Positions 41,569-51,547 of a stretch of DNA of 64,000 bases are shown in pieces. Under the pieces are notes generated by a model. The model made no database searches. It was not told the origin of the DNA and saw only the letters and a list, made by a program, of their open reading frames with translations. The stretch lies in assembly GCA_004558205.1 (NCBI GenBank), contig SFDM01000029.1, positions 18,784-82,783 of the forward strand, in the 5' to 3' direction. How positions within the stretch are numbered: the stretch's first letter is position 1; the number at the start of each line of letters is the position of its first letter. Source of the stretch: Pyramidobacter piscolens. GTDB taxonomy: Bacteria > Synergistota > Synergistia > Synergistales > Dethiosulfovibrionaceae. A program made the position numbers and the translations under genes.

Positions 41569-42829
41569 TCTGCTGCCCTACCTCGTCCGTAGCGCCGTCA
41601 CCAACGCGATGATCATGCTGCTGATCTTTTCCCTGGCGCGGCCCAAACGCGGCCGCACCGCCTGTTTGGCCGCCGTGCTCGCCGCGTGTCTGCTCGATTC
41701 GGCCGTCAACGCCCTGTGCTACTATCGAAACGAACAGACCCTGGTGGTCTATGTGACCATGTTCGAGATGATCCCCGCCCTGCTGCTGACCAAGTTTCTC
41801 TTTTACGACAGCTGCATGCAGTGGTGCTTCAACATCATCACGGCGCTGAACATTCATTGCGTGGCGCGCCTTCTGGCGCGGGGGCTGTCGGCGTGCCTGC
41901 CCTATCCGGACGCGGGGGTCATCGCCTTCAGAGTGCTTCTGCTGGGCGGCGTGAGCTGGGCCTTTTACCGCCATCTTCGGTCGCTCTACGCCCAGGTGCA
42001 GGAATGCTGGGGGCAGTACATGCTGGCGTCGCTCAGCCTCCTGCTGGCTTTCGGCTACATCATGGTAATTTATAACAGCCTTCCCCAGTACTGGACGTTC
42101 TACGCGCTGATCTCCGCGGTAACGGTCTGCTTTTACGTCTCCCTTTTCTGGTCGCTGCGCGCCCTTTCCGAGAAGTACGCCCTGCGGGAGGAGAACCTGA
42201 GGATCAAGGTCAACGACCGCCTGCTGCGGGCGTCGGCAAACGCCATGGCGCAGAGGCTTGCCCTGATGGACGCCCTTGCCGCCCAATCCCGCATCCTTCG
42301 TCACGATCAGAGGCATTTCGACGCGGCGCTTTTGGAGCTGCTCCGTGCTGGCAAGTCCGAGGAAGCGGCGCGTTTTCTAGAACGGCGCGCCGCCTCCGGC
42401 CCCGTCCAGCCGAAAAACTGGTGCGAGAATCACGCAGCCAACGCCGCCGCAACTTTCTGGCTGAGCCTGGCGGAGTGTGAGGGCATCCGCTGCGAGGCCT
42501 CCCTGGACATTCCCCGCGATCCCGGCGTGGACTCTCTGGAGCTGTCCATGGCGCTGTCCAACCTTCTGGAAAACGCCGTCCACGGCTGCCAGGCCCTGCC
42601 GCCGGAGCGGCGCTGGCTCCGCGTCGCCGCGTCCTGCGCGGGGCAGCTGCTCCTGTCGGTGGAAAATTCCTGCGCACCCGACGTGAAGCTAGACGAGCGC
42701 GGCCTGCCCGCCGCGGAAGAGGGGGGCGGCGTGGGCACCCAAAGCGTGCTGGCCTTCGCGGAACGCGCGTGCGGCGAGGCCCTTTACGACATCTCGGATG
42801 GAGTCTTCCGCGTGCGCCTGATGCTTTAA
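41561..42829 (+). CDS. Membrane sensor histidine kinase (GHKL, AgrC/VirS-like)
   Basis: About 6-7 TM segments, H-box LRHDQRH, N-box LSNLLENA and G-box GGGVGTQSV. Confidence 0.9.
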   Translation: MTDLLPYLVRSAVTNAMIMLLIFSLARPKRGRTACLAAVLAACLLDSAVNALCYYRNEQTLVVYVTMFEMIPALLLTKFLFYDSCMQWCFNIITALNIHCVARLLARGLSACLPYPDAGVIAFRVLLLGGVSWAFYRHLRSLYAQVQECWGQYMLASLSLLLAFGYIMVIYNSLPQYWTFYALISAVTVCFYVSLFWSLRALSEKYALREENLRIKVNDRLLRASANAMAQRLALMDALAAQSRILRHDQRHFDAALLELLRAGKSEEAARFLERRAASGPVQPKNWCENHAANAAATFWLSLAECEGIRCEASLDIPRDPGVDSLELSMALSNLLENAVHGCQALPPERRWLRVAASCAGQLLLSVENSCAPDVKLDERGLPAAEEGGGVGTQSVLAFAERACGEALYDISDGVFRVRLML

Positions 42830-42846
42830 GCGGTCACACAAAAAAA

Positions 42847-42915
42847 CCGACGAAGCGGAAAAATGCGCCGATTAAGCAAAAAGACGGCGCGTTCCCCCTT
42901 TCAGGGTATGATAAT
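42847..42915 (+). promoter_or_regulatory. Candidate LytTR-activated promoter
   Basis: Direct repeats CCGACGAAG (42847) and CCGATTAAG (42868) with a 21-bp period, followed by TATGATAAT. Confidence 0.55.
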
Positions 42916-42977
42916 CCCAACTGCGTCCTACAGCGCAGCCGGCGTTCCTACGCGTTTACTTGAAAGGCGAAAAGCCG

Positions 42978-43165
42978 GGATCAAGGTATTCCAACGCAAA
43001 GATTTAAAGGCAAGGAAGCAGAGGCCGCGAAGGCAAAACACATCCGAAACACATCCGAAACGCGTCGAAAAAGGGCGCGGCGAGAGAGAGCTCCTTCCCC
43101 GCCGTTCTCCCTGCTCACCTTCGCGTTTCCTTTGCGGGCGCTTCGCGCTGTAACCTTTTGATTCC
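42978..43165. repeat. Repeat family A, diverged copy
   Basis: GATCAAGGTATTCCAACGCAAAG...GCCGCGAAGGC / CCTTCGCGTTTCCTTTGCG...ACCTTTTGATTC. Confidence 0.5.
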
Positions 43166-43241
43166 GGCCTTCGGCGGCGGTGAACCGCGATTCATGGGCC
43201 GGCTGCGGAATTGACGACGCACCCTAAAAGGAGGAACCGTC

Positions 43242-44549
43242 ATGAAAAAAGTATTATACCGTCTTGGCACGCTGGCAGCCGTGGGGCTGCTGGCCGGCTG
43301 GGTCCTAAACGCGCGGGGGGTTCCCTGCGCCGCCGCGGGCCCCGAAAGGAGCCCCGTCATGAAAACCATCGTCGTCAGCGACCTGCACTGCGGCGTGGAC
43401 GACCGAGTGTCCGAGTTGGTGCGCAACCGCCCCATGCTGGTCGCTTTTCTTGAGAGTATCGCCGAGAAGAAGAGCGCCGACGAGGTGGTCATCGCCGGCG
43501 ACTTCCTGGACCAGTGGTTCTATCCCGGCGATTACGACCTGCCCGCCGATTCCGCCGAAGTCTACCGCCGGGCCGCGGAAAACAACCCGACGGTGGTCGG
43601 CGCCATAAAAAAGCTTATTGCCTCGGGCGTCAAGGTGGTCTACGTGCCGGGCAACCACGACATGACGCTGACGAAAGACGCGCTGGACGCGCTTCTCCCG
43701 GGCGTCCAACAGGCCCGCGAGTCGGCGGGCATGGGGCGCTACCGCACCGGCGTAAGACAGGAGATCGTCATCGAGCACGGCCACCGCTACGAGATCTTCT
43801 GCGCCCCCGATCCCCTCACGAACAGGGAATGGATGGCCTACGGCGATCCCATCCTGCCGCCAGGCTACTTCTATGCCCGCATCGGCGTGACCAGCCTGGG
43901 GCAGGGCTTCCCCCAAACCGCAAAGGAACTGCCGGTGGTCCCGGAACCGCCAAAGGACGACCCGGACAACTACGCGGCCTACCTTTATTATCGCACCTGG
44001 ATTGAGCTGATCGGGACGAAATTCCCCATAACCCAGCCCCTGGACGAGAAGTTTATCAAGGTGGGCGTGGACGGCTTCCGGGGCGATTTCAGCCTGTCCG
44101 ACCTGATCCCGTCGCAGCAGCCCGACGGAAGCATCAGCGCGCGCCTCTACAAGGGTATCCAGTCGAACTGGCAGGAGGTGCAGAGGCTGAACCGCGTGGC
44201 CGTTCCTCTCACGGCCGCCCGCGCACTGGCCGAAGCCACAGACACCGAGGCTCATCTTGACTACGGCAAAGAGCAGTACTTCGACGTGGATCCCACGGTG
44301 GACGTGGTGATCTTCGGCCACACCCACATCCCCGCGTACCGAGCCTATGAGATCGGCGGCACAAAGAAGATCTTCGCCAACAGCGGCACCTGGGTGGACA
44401 GGAACTCCGACGACCCCCTGAACACGGCCACCTTCGTGGAGATCCTATCCGGCGAGAAGGGTGATTCCGTCAAGGTGCTCAAGTGCGTCGCCAGCGGAGA
44501 CGCCTTCCTCGTCGTGCCGGCTGAAAACCCGTACATCGAGAAGGATTAG
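43242..44549 (+). CDS. Exported calcineurin-like metallophosphoesterase
   Basis: Signal peptide; SDLH, AGDFLD, PGNHD, EHGH and FGHTH motifs. Confidence 0.88.
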   Translation: MKKVLYRLGTLAAVGLLAGWVLNARGVPCAAAGPERSPVMKTIVVSDLHCGVDDRVSELVRNRPMLVAFLESIAEKKSADEVVIAGDFLDQWFYPGDYDLPADSAEVYRRAAENNPTVVGAIKKLIASGVKVVYVPGNHDMTLTKDALDALLPGVQQARESAGMGRYRTGVRQEIVIEHGHRYEIFCAPDPLTNREWMAYGDPILPPGYFYARIGVTSLGQGFPQTAKELPVVPEPPKDDPDNYAAYLYYRTWIELIGTKFPITQPLDEKFIKVGVDGFRGDFSLSDLIPSQQPDGSISARLYKGIQSNWQEVQRLNRVAVPLTAARALAEATDTEAHLDYGKEQYFDVDPTVDVVIFGHTHIPAYRAYEIGGTKKIFANSGTWVDRNSDDPLNTATFVEILSGEKGDSVKVLKCVASGDAFLVVPAENPYIEKD

Positions 44550-44565
44550 CGGAGGAAGAGCCGTT

Positions 44566-45459
44566 ATGCCCCGCAAACTCATTATCGCGCTTATCGCGGT
44601 TTCGCTGGCGCTCCGCGCCGGGCAGGCCCTTCCGGCCAAGACTGAAGCCTGCGCGGCGAAACCTCATTCCTTAGGGTTGGCCGGCGTTGAAAACGCCCGA
44701 GATCTGGGAGGATACGCCACAAAAGACGGACGCAGAGTCAAGTTCGGCGTCCTGCTCCGCTCGGGCAAGCTCTCCTCGGCGACGGAAGAGGACGTGGCCA
44801 CGCTGAAAACAGGCTACCGCCTCACGCTGATCCTGGACCTGCGCACCACCGCCGAAACAGCCGCCGCGCCCGACGTGCCGATAGTCGGCGTAAAAAACGT
44901 GGCGGTCAGAATACTGGACGAAAACGTTAAGGACAGTTCCAGCCTCATGTCAAGCCAGTACGTGGGACGGGCCGATTCCGTGGAGGACATGGTCAGGCTG
45001 ATTCGGGACGGGGCGCTGACCGACGATTTCTACACTGGCGCTCTCACCTCGGAGCACATGCGGCGCCAGTACCGCGAAGTCTTTATGAAAGCGCTCTCCA
45101 ACGGAACGGGCTCCATGCTGTTCCACTGCACGGGAGGCAAGGACCGCACGGGAATAGCCGCCGTGCTTTTGCTCACGGCGCTCGGCGTGGACCGCGAGAC
45201 CTGCCTTCAGGATTTTGAGCTGACCAACGATTTTCTCAGGGCAAAGGTGGACCTTGTCACGGCCCAAGCGAAGGCCTTCACGGACGATCCTCAACTCCTG
45301 GCGAGCGTCGCGGCGCTCACGGGCGTAGACCGCTTCTATATGGCCAGGCTTTTCGACGAGGCCGACGCGAAATACGGATCCATGACAGACTTCATCAAAA
45401 GAGGCCTCGGCCTGTCCGACAGCGACATCGCCGCTCTGCGCGCCCTGTGCCTTGAATGA
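44566..45459 (+). CDS. Exported protein-tyrosine-phosphatase-like enzyme (Y_phosphatase3 type)
   Basis: Signal peptide; NARDLGGY, LRSG, DLRT and P-loop FHCTGGKDRTG. Confidence 0.9.
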   Translation: MPRKLIIALIAVSLALRAGQALPAKTEACAAKPHSLGLAGVENARDLGGYATKDGRRVKFGVLLRSGKLSSATEEDVATLKTGYRLTLILDLRTTAETAAAPDVPIVGVKNVAVRILDENVKDSSSLMSSQYVGRADSVEDMVRLIRDGALTDDFYTGALTSEHMRRQYREVFMKALSNGTGSMLFHCTGGKDRTGIAAVLLLTALGVDRETCLQDFELTNDFLRAKVDLVTAQAKAFTDDPQLLASVAALTGVDRFYMARLFDEADAKYGSMTDFIKRGLGLSDSDIAALRALCLE

Positions 45460-45579
45460 GCCCGGCCGAAGAACCGGTTCAAAAGACTCCATCCACAACA
45501 AGGCGCTTCGCGAGCTTGCCGCGGCGCAGACCGACAGGCAGAAATTCTAGTTTTTCAGACACCTCGATTTAAAGACGGC

Positions 45580-45674
45580 AAAGCCTCCAATCCGGTATGG
45601 ATTGGAGGCTTTCGTTTCACAACAAAGGCGCCCCTGACCACGGATCGATTTTCCGCGGTCAGGGGCGCCTTTTT
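45580..45674. terminator. Tandem terminator hairpins between convergent genes
   Basis: AAAGCCTCCAATCC/GGATTGGAGGCTTT and AAAGGCGCCCCTGACC/GGTCAGGGGCGCCTTT. Confidence 0.7.
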
Positions 45675-45683
45675 CAGCTTTGT

Positions 45684-46601
45684 TTAGAAGTTCTCGGCGA
45701 TGTATTTGTAGGCGGTAAATCCGGCCACGGCGCCGTCGGCCGCAGCGGTGATCACCTGGCGGAGGGGCGTTTCGCGCACGTCGCCCGCGGCGAAGAGGCC
45801 GGGGACGCTGGTCTCCATGTTGGCGTTGACCTTGACCCAACCGCCCTTAGCGGTCTCGACCAGATCCTTGACAAGCTCGTTGTTGGGCTGAGTGCCCACG
45901 AACATGAACACGCCTTCCACGGGAAGCTCGCTGATCGCGCCGGTCTTGACGTTCTTGAGGACGATCTTCTCGACCAGGTCGCCGCCTTCGATGGACTCGA
46001 CGACGGAATCGTAAACGGGAACCACCTTGGGGTTCTTCTTCATGCGTTCCACGGCCATCTCGTCGGCGCGGAACTGGTCGCGGCGGTGGATGATGTAGAC
46101 CTTGGAAGCGAACTGGGTGAGGTAGCAGCCTTCTTCGACGGCAGTGTTGCCGCCGCCGACCACGGCGACTTCGCAGTCCTCGTAGAAAGCGCCGTCGCAA
46201 GTGGCGCAGTAGCTGACGCCCTTGCCGCTGTACTCGGCCTCGCCGGGGCAGCCCAGCTTGCGGAACTCGGCGCCGGTGGCGAGCACCACAACCTTGGCCT
46301 TGTAGTCGCCCTTGTCGGTGCTCACGATCTTGTACTTGCCGTCCAGGCTGATGCTCTTGACGGTGCAGTCCACAAACTCGGTCTTGAAGGCCGCGGCGTG
46401 CTCGCGGAACATCTTGCCGATCTCGGGGCCGCTGGTGTGGGCGATGGCAGGGTAGTTCTCGATCTCGTCGGTGCGGTTGATGGCGCCGCCGAAGTTGCCC
46501 TTCTCAAGCACCACGGTGCTGAGGCCGGCACGTCTGCCGTACACTGCCGCTGCAAGTCCGGCGGGACCTCCGCCGATGATAACCAGATCTCTCATTTCCA
46601 T
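45684..46601 (-). CDS. trxB: Thioredoxin-disulfide reductase
   Basis: GGGPAGL, SYCATCDG, GGGNTA and FAAGDV. Confidence 0.96.
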   Translation of the reverse strand: MEMRDLVIIGGGPAGLAAAVYGRRAGLSTVVLEKGNFGGAINRTDEIENYPAIAHTSGPEIGKMFREHAAAFKTEFVDCTVKSISLDGKYKIVSTDKGDYKAKVVVLATGAEFRKLGCPGEAEYSGKGVSYCATCDGAFYEDCEVAVVGGGNTAVEEGCYLTQFASKVYIIHRRDQFRADEMAVERMKKNPKVVPVYDSVVESIEGGDLVEKIVLKNVKTGAISELPVEGVFMFVGTQPNNELVKDLVETAKGGWVKVNANMETSVPGLFAAGDVRETPLRQVITAAADGAVAGFTAYKYIAENF

Positions 46602-46698
46602 AATTATATCGTCCTCTCCTAAAGGAATTTGCGGAATCTTCTCCGCGAATAGATATCTTGAATCTCTGGCAAGTATACCAAAAAAACGAGTGTTTTTG

Positions 46699-47556
46699 TC
46701 ACCTCAAAGCATCGGTAAATCGCCATTGAAGTACCCTTTCTTGGCCTGCAATATCACGTAAAATCCGCTCCTCGACAAAGTCGTTGGGCGCCAGGTCTCT
46801 CAGGGCTTCGGTCTGCCCGTTTCCGCCATATTCGACGCAGAGGGCGCCGCCGGGCTTCAGCGTCCTCCGGCAGAGTTGGAAAAGCCAGCTGTAGGGCTCC
46901 AAACCGTTGGCGCCGCCGTCAAGGGCCAGTCGGGGTTCGAAAATCGACACTTCTGGCATTAATTCCGGTATTTTGTCGGAAGGGATGTAGGGCGGATTGG
47001 ACACCACCAGGGAAAAAACGCCGCCGGGAATGTCCGCCACGCTCTGGCTGTGCCAGAGCGTGGCGCGCCCGAGCAGATTCCGCTCTTTGAGGTTGCGCCA
47101 GGCGCAGCGCAGGCTTTTGGGATTTTTCTCGGCCATCAGCGCCCGGGCTTGGGGGAAACGTTCCAAAAGGGCCAGGGAGATGCAGCCCGTTCCGGTCCCC
47201 CAATCGAGAAAGCTGCCGCCCTGAAAGCTTTCGGCCGCAGCTTCGACGAGAAGTTCCGTCTCGGGACGGGGAACGAGGCAGCCTTCCTCGACGATCACAG
47301 GAATGCCGCAGAAATCGCAGCGTCCCAGGATGTATTGAAGGGGCTCGCGCTTTTTGCGCCGCGCGCAGGCGTCCCTGACCTGCCTTTGAAGCTCTTGGCC
47401 GGCGGGATCTTCGGCATGGGCGTGGATCCACGACCGGTCTTTGCGGGCGTAATGGGCCATGATGGAATCGGCTTCCAGAGCGGGCGAATCCAACTCACGC
47501 AGCTCGTCCAGGGCGTACTTCCGCAGCCGGCCGATGGAGCCGGGGCTATACGGCAT
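46699..47556 (-). CDS. prmC: Release factor glutamine methyltransferase
   Basis: [30 protein letters not shown] and ALDGG; exact start uncertain. Confidence 0.93.
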   Translation of the reverse strand: MPYSPGSIGRLRKYALDELRELDSPALEADSIMAHYARKDRSWIHAHAEDPAGQELQRQVRDACARRKKREPLQYILGRCDFCGIPVIVEEGCLVPRPETELLVEAAAESFQGGSFLDWGTGTGCISLALLERFPQARALMAEKNPKSLRCAWRNLKERNLLGRATLWHSQSVADIPGGVFSLVVSNPPYIPSDKIPELMPEVSIFEPRLALDGGANGLEPYSWLFQLCRRTLKPGGALCVEYGGNGQTEALRDLAPNDFVEERILRDIAGQERVLQWRFTDALR

Positions 47557-48622
47557 CAAGAACTTGGAGCTTGGCGGCCTGCTCGGCCATGACAAGGGCC
47601 TTGATCATCTCGTAGAGGTCGCCGTCCATCATGTATTCCAGCTTGTAGAGCGTGAGGCCGATGCGGTGGTCGGTGACGCGGTTCTGAGGGTAGTTGTAGG
47701 TGCGGATCCGCTCGGAACGGTCGCCGCTGCCGATCTGGCCTTTGCGCTCGGCGGCTTCGGCGTCGTGCTGCTTCTGCAGTTCCATGTCGTAGAGCTTCGA
47801 CTTGAGGACCATCATGGCCTTGGAGCGGTTTTTGAGCTGCGACCGCTCGTCCTGGCAGGTGACCACCAGGCCGGTGGGCAGGTGGGTGATTCTGACGGCG
47901 GAATCGGTCATGTTGACGTGCTGGCCGCCGGCGCCGCTGGAACGGTAGGTGTCGATCTTGAGGTCTTCGGCGCGGACTTCCACGTCCACATCCTCGGCCT
48001 CGGGCAGCACGGCGACGGTGGCGGCGGAGGTGTGAATACGGCCGCCGGCTTCGGTCTCGGGAACGCGCTGGACGCGGTGGACGCCGCTCTCGTACTTCAT
48101 CTGGCTGTAAACGCCGTGGCCGTAGATCTGGAAGACGATTTCCTTGTAGCCGCCCACTTCGGTCTCGCTGGCGTCGATGATCTCCATCTTCCACCCCTGG
48201 CGTTCGGCGTAACGAGAGTACATCCTGAAGAGGTCGGCGGCAAAGAGGCTGGCTTCGTCGCCGCCGGTGCCAGCGCGGATCTCGACGATGACGTTTTTGT
48301 CGTCGTTGGGATCCTTGGGCAGCAGGGCCACGCGAAGTTCTTCCTCGATTTCGAGGATCCGCGGCTCGATTTCGCGAATTTCCTCTTTTGCCATCTCGGC
48401 CATGTCATGGTCGGCGGAGTTGGCAAGCTCTTGGGCGTCGGCCAGTTCGGCCTGGGCCTTTTTGTACTCCCGATAGCCGCTCACCACGTTGGAGAGCTCG
48501 GCGTGCTTTTTGCTGAGCGTCTGCATCTCCTTGACGTTGGCGGCCACGGCGGGGGCGCTCATCTTCTGTTCCAGTTCGTTGTAAATCGCTTCAAGTTCCC
48601 GCAGTTTGGGTTCAAGATTCAT
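47546..48622 (-). CDS. prfA: Peptide chain release factor 1
   Basis: RVQRVPETE (PxT), GGQ and [11 protein letters not shown]. Confidence 0.98.
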   Translation of the reverse strand: MNLEPKLRELEAIYNELEQKMSAPAVAANVKEMQTLSKKHAELSNVVSGYREYKKAQAELADAQELANSADHDMAEMAKEEIREIEPRILEIEEELRVALLPKDPNDDKNVIVEIRAGTGGDEASLFAADLFRMYSRYAERQGWKMEIIDASETEVGGYKEIVFQIYGHGVYSQMKYESGVHRVQRVPETEAGGRIHTSAATVAVLPEAEDVDVEVRAEDLKIDTYRSSGAGGQHVNMTDSAVRITHLPTGLVVTCQDERSQLKNRSKAMMVLKSKLYDMELQKQHDAEAAERKGQIGSGDRSERIRTYNYPQNRVTDHRIGLTLYKLEYMMDGDLYEMIKALVMAEQAAKLQVLDAV

Positions 48623-49566
48623 TCTGACGCTGCCTCACTGTTCTCGTTAAATTTTACGTCCAGAGCCTCTTCCAGGGAGCGGATGCCCACTTCGACCTGG
48701 TCGGGCGAGGGTTCGCGGGTGGTCAGGTACTGAAGACACATGGCTGGTTTCATCATGGCGCGGCCGCGCTCGCCCATGCCCGAGGCCGCGCGGATGATCT
48801 CGTAGGAAAGGCCGACCACCACGGGAATCAGGCAGACGCGTGAACCAATCCTCCAGAGCAGGCCGCCGGTTCCCGCCAGCGAGAAGACCAGGATGCTGAC
48901 GATCACCACGATCAGCAGGAAGGAGGTTCCGCAGCGGGGATGAAGCCGCGGGCATTCCATCACCGACTGGACGGTCATGGGGCGGCTGGACTCGTAGGCG
49001 TTGATGGTCTTGTGCTCGGCGCCGTGGTAGGCCAGCACCCGGGCCACGTCTTTCCAGAGCCCGATCAGGCCGAGGTAGGCGATGAACACCAGACCTCTCA
49101 TGCAGCCTTCGATCACGTGTCCGGCCCAGAGCGAAAGCCCGGCGGCGCGGCGGATCAGGTCAGCAGACCAGACGGGCAGGGCGATGAAAAGCCCCACCAC
49201 CATGACCACGGCCACCAGGGCGGTGAGCAGCACGTCCTTGGCAGTCATCTCCTCTTCCTCGCCGAGGGAGATCTCGGCGGAGCGGGATAGGGCTTTGAAG
49301 CCTTCGCGCAGCATCTCCACCATGTTCAGGAAGCCCCGGATCACCGGAAGTTTGCCTATGCCCCGTTTGGCCCAGTTTTTCGCGGGCCAGTGCTCCAGGA
49401 TAATCTCCTGGTTTTCCTTGCGGACGGCCAGGCCCCAGCGGGCATACCCCTTCATCAGGACGCCTTCGATCACGGCCTGCCCGCCCACGGGCATAGGAGC
49501 GGGCGCGGCGTCGGCCGCCAGCGCGGCGAGTGGGGCCGCAAGAGCCGCTAATAGTTTATTTTTCAT
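48619..49566 (-). CDS. DUF1385 family membrane protein
   Basis: [16 protein letters not shown] and HPRCGTSF. Confidence 0.9.
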   Translation of the reverse strand: MKNKLLAALAAPLAALAADAAPAPMPVGGQAVIEGVLMKGYARWGLAVRKENQEIILEHWPAKNWAKRGIGKLPVIRGFLNMVEMLREGFKALSRSAEISLGEEEEMTAKDVLLTALVAVVMVVGLFIALPVWSADLIRRAAGLSLWAGHVIEGCMRGLVFIAYLGLIGLWKDVARVLAYHGAEHKTINAYESSRPMTVQSVMECPRLHPRCGTSFLLIVVIVSILVFSLAGTGGLLWRIGSRVCLIPVVVGLSYEIIRAASGMGERGRAMMKPAMCLQYLTTREPSPDQVEVGIRSLEEALDVKFNENSEAASE

Positions 49567-49641
49567 TGATTCTTTCTTTTCTCCTTAATAAGGAAACGCT
49601 GAAGAGCTCCGTTTCTCGTGAAAAATGACGCCGAAGGACGT

Positions 49642-50283
49642 CTACTCGGCGGCTTTAAAGATCCCGGCAAGCCAGGGCTCGGCCTCTACGAGCAGGCCTG
49701 CCATGCGCTGCACCATGTCGCGGATCTCCCACTGGGCGCCCTTGACGAGGACTCGCTTTTCGTAGATGTCCAGCAGCGACCGCAGGTTCAGCGTGGTGAC
49801 GAAGTTGGTGCAGATACCGCCGGGAAGCACGAAACGGGCGTCTTCCATGGGAACGCCGAGTTCCAGAAGCTGATCGTAACTTTTTTGGGCGTTCTTCATA
49901 GCCTCCCGATAAGCCTCCGCTTTAGCGCCATCGGCTGCGATAGCGGGGGGAGTCACGAAATCGAAAAGCTCATTTCCGGCCTTGGGCGCGCTCTCTGAAA
50001 CGTAACGCTGGCTCTGGACGGAGAGGCTGACGCCGATCCTGTGGCGGCTGTACTGCGCGAGCAGCGTACGGGAAACGCCCTTGACGCCGTAGGTGACGGA
50101 ACAATGTTCGAGGGTGCTCAAATGGCGGGCGCGCAGGAGGAAATCCACCAGTTTTTTCATGCGGCTTTCGCTCTCGTCGAGGGCGAAAATATCCTGGGGC
50201 GCCAGCTCGCTGTGACAGGTCCGTCCGGCTGCCCAGATGGTCCTGAGGAAATCGGGAGTCTTATTGAGCAACTTAATGTCCAT
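49642..50283 (-). CDS. thyX: FAD-dependent thymidylate synthase
   Basis: HLSTLEH, SRHR...SVQSQRY, EDARFVLP and AQWEIR. Confidence 0.95.
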   Translation of the reverse strand: MDIKLLNKTPDFLRTIWAAGRTCHSELAPQDIFALDESESRMKKLVDFLLRARHLSTLEHCSVTYGVKGVSRTLLAQYSRHRIGVSLSVQSQRYVSESAPKAGNELFDFVTPPAIAADGAKAEAYREAMKNAQKSYDQLLELGVPMEDARFVLPGGICTNFVTTLNLRSLLDIYEKRVLVKGAQWEIRDMVQRMAGLLVEAEPWLAGIFKAAE

Positions 50284-50390
50284 TTTTCTGCCTCCTCAAC
50301 AAAACAAGCGGTTCCCCGGACAGGAAAACCGCAGCTTTCACGCCTGTGGGCTGAAAGAAAATCGAAAAAAAACGGGGCATGGCTGCCCCG

Positions 50391-50624
50391 TTAGTCTGAA
50401 CTGGTCTCTTTCTGGCCGTAATTCATGCCAGCGTATTTCTTGTTGAACTTCTCAAGGCGTCCGGCTTCGGACAGGATACGGCCCTTCTTGCCGGTGAAGA
50501 AAGGATGGCAGGCTGAGCAAACGCCGACTTTGAGTTCAGAAACTGTGGCCATAGTCTCAAAACGATTGCCGCAGGCACAGGAGACCTGGCAGGGGACATA
50601 GGCGGGGTGAATGTCTTTTTTCAT
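50391..50624 (-). CDS. rpmE: 50S ribosomal protein L31 (zinc-binding type)
   Basis: MKKDIHP, CACG and [10 protein letters not shown]. Confidence 0.97.
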   Translation of the reverse strand: MKKDIHPAYVPCQVSCACGNRFETMATVSELKVGVCSACHPFFTGKKGRILSEAGRLEKFNKKYAGMNYGQKETSSD

Positions 50625-50863
50625 AGCTTTGTGCACCTCCCAGCGTACAAAGATCAACCATTTACAGTGGATAAATCTAACACATCTTTTCGCTTTGCGC
50701 AAGTGCCAAAATCATTTGACGCAGCCCGGCGGTCTTCGCGGGAATTCATTCGGATTCACGCAAAAAACGCCGGGGCATGAAGCGCTGGTCAAGCCTGTCA
50801 GACGCCGCCGGTCATGCGGGGAAGAAGGCTCTTTCGCGGCTGGCACGCTTCATCAGCGCTTCA

Positions 50864-51508
50864 CTACAGGTGCATCACGCCGACGCCGACTCTTTCATGA
50901 TGGGCCACGGCGTGATAGGCGGCGTCGCCCGCCACGGCGACGGCGATCCACTGAGAATTCCTGACGATGGCGATCTTGGCTCCCACGCTGGTCTCCAGCA
51001 CTCCCTGGGGAATGAAGGACGTGAAAGCTTCCTGGGCGGCGTGCATCAGAGCGTGCATTTCCGAAGGATTCTTCTTTACCACGCCGCTGTTCAGCGAGGC
51101 GCCGACAAGGGCGCGGCTGACTTTCAGAGGGAGCTCGCCTGAAATGCCGCCCACCTCGGTGGCAACGCAGCGCCAACCGCAGCCCGTCAGGGCTTCTTTG
51201 ATCCGCCGCTCCTCGTCGATGTCGCCCGACAGGGCAAGATAGAGAGCGGCCTTCGCGGCGCTATCGTCGCCGGTGATCTTCATGCGCATGGTCACACTGC
51301 ACAGGCATTTTCCAGCGGGCTTCTGCTCCGCTTCTGACTGCGCCGGTACTGGGGCGGTTTCTGTGTGCTCACTTTCGGGTTCTGCGTTCATTATCTTCGC
51401 GTCCTCATCAACATTTTGTTCGTCTGGCTCAAGGATAAATCCGTCCGAAATGAAAGTTGGAGGCTGTTCCTGCGATGTTTTCTTGGCAAACATTTCCTTC
51501 CATGTCAT
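50864..51508 (-). CDS. HutP-family protein with acidic N-terminal extension
   Basis: EMHALMHAAQEA and WIAVAVAGDAAYHAVAHHERVGVGVMHL match HutP. Confidence 0.8.
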   Translation of the reverse strand: MTWKEMFAKKTSQEQPPTFISDGFILEPDEQNVDEDAKIMNAEPESEHTETAPVPAQSEAEQKPAGKCLCSVTMRMKITGDDSAAKAALYLALSGDIDEERRIKEALTGCGWRCVATEVGGISGELPLKVSRALVGASLNSGVVKKNPSEMHALMHAAQEAFTSFIPQGVLETSVGAKIAIVRNSQWIAVAVAGDAAYHAVAHHERVGVGVMHL

Positions 51509-51547
51509 CGAGAACCATCCTTCCTCTTGGGTGAAACCTCGTCTTCA

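Noticed and set aside
43038..43061. Tandem ACACATCCGAA x2
   Set aside because: Only two units inside a diverged repeat; not a CRISPR or iteron array.
40834..43241. agr-type quorum-sensing locus
   Set aside because: No AgrB or AgrD-like ORF found near the LytTR/GHKL pair.
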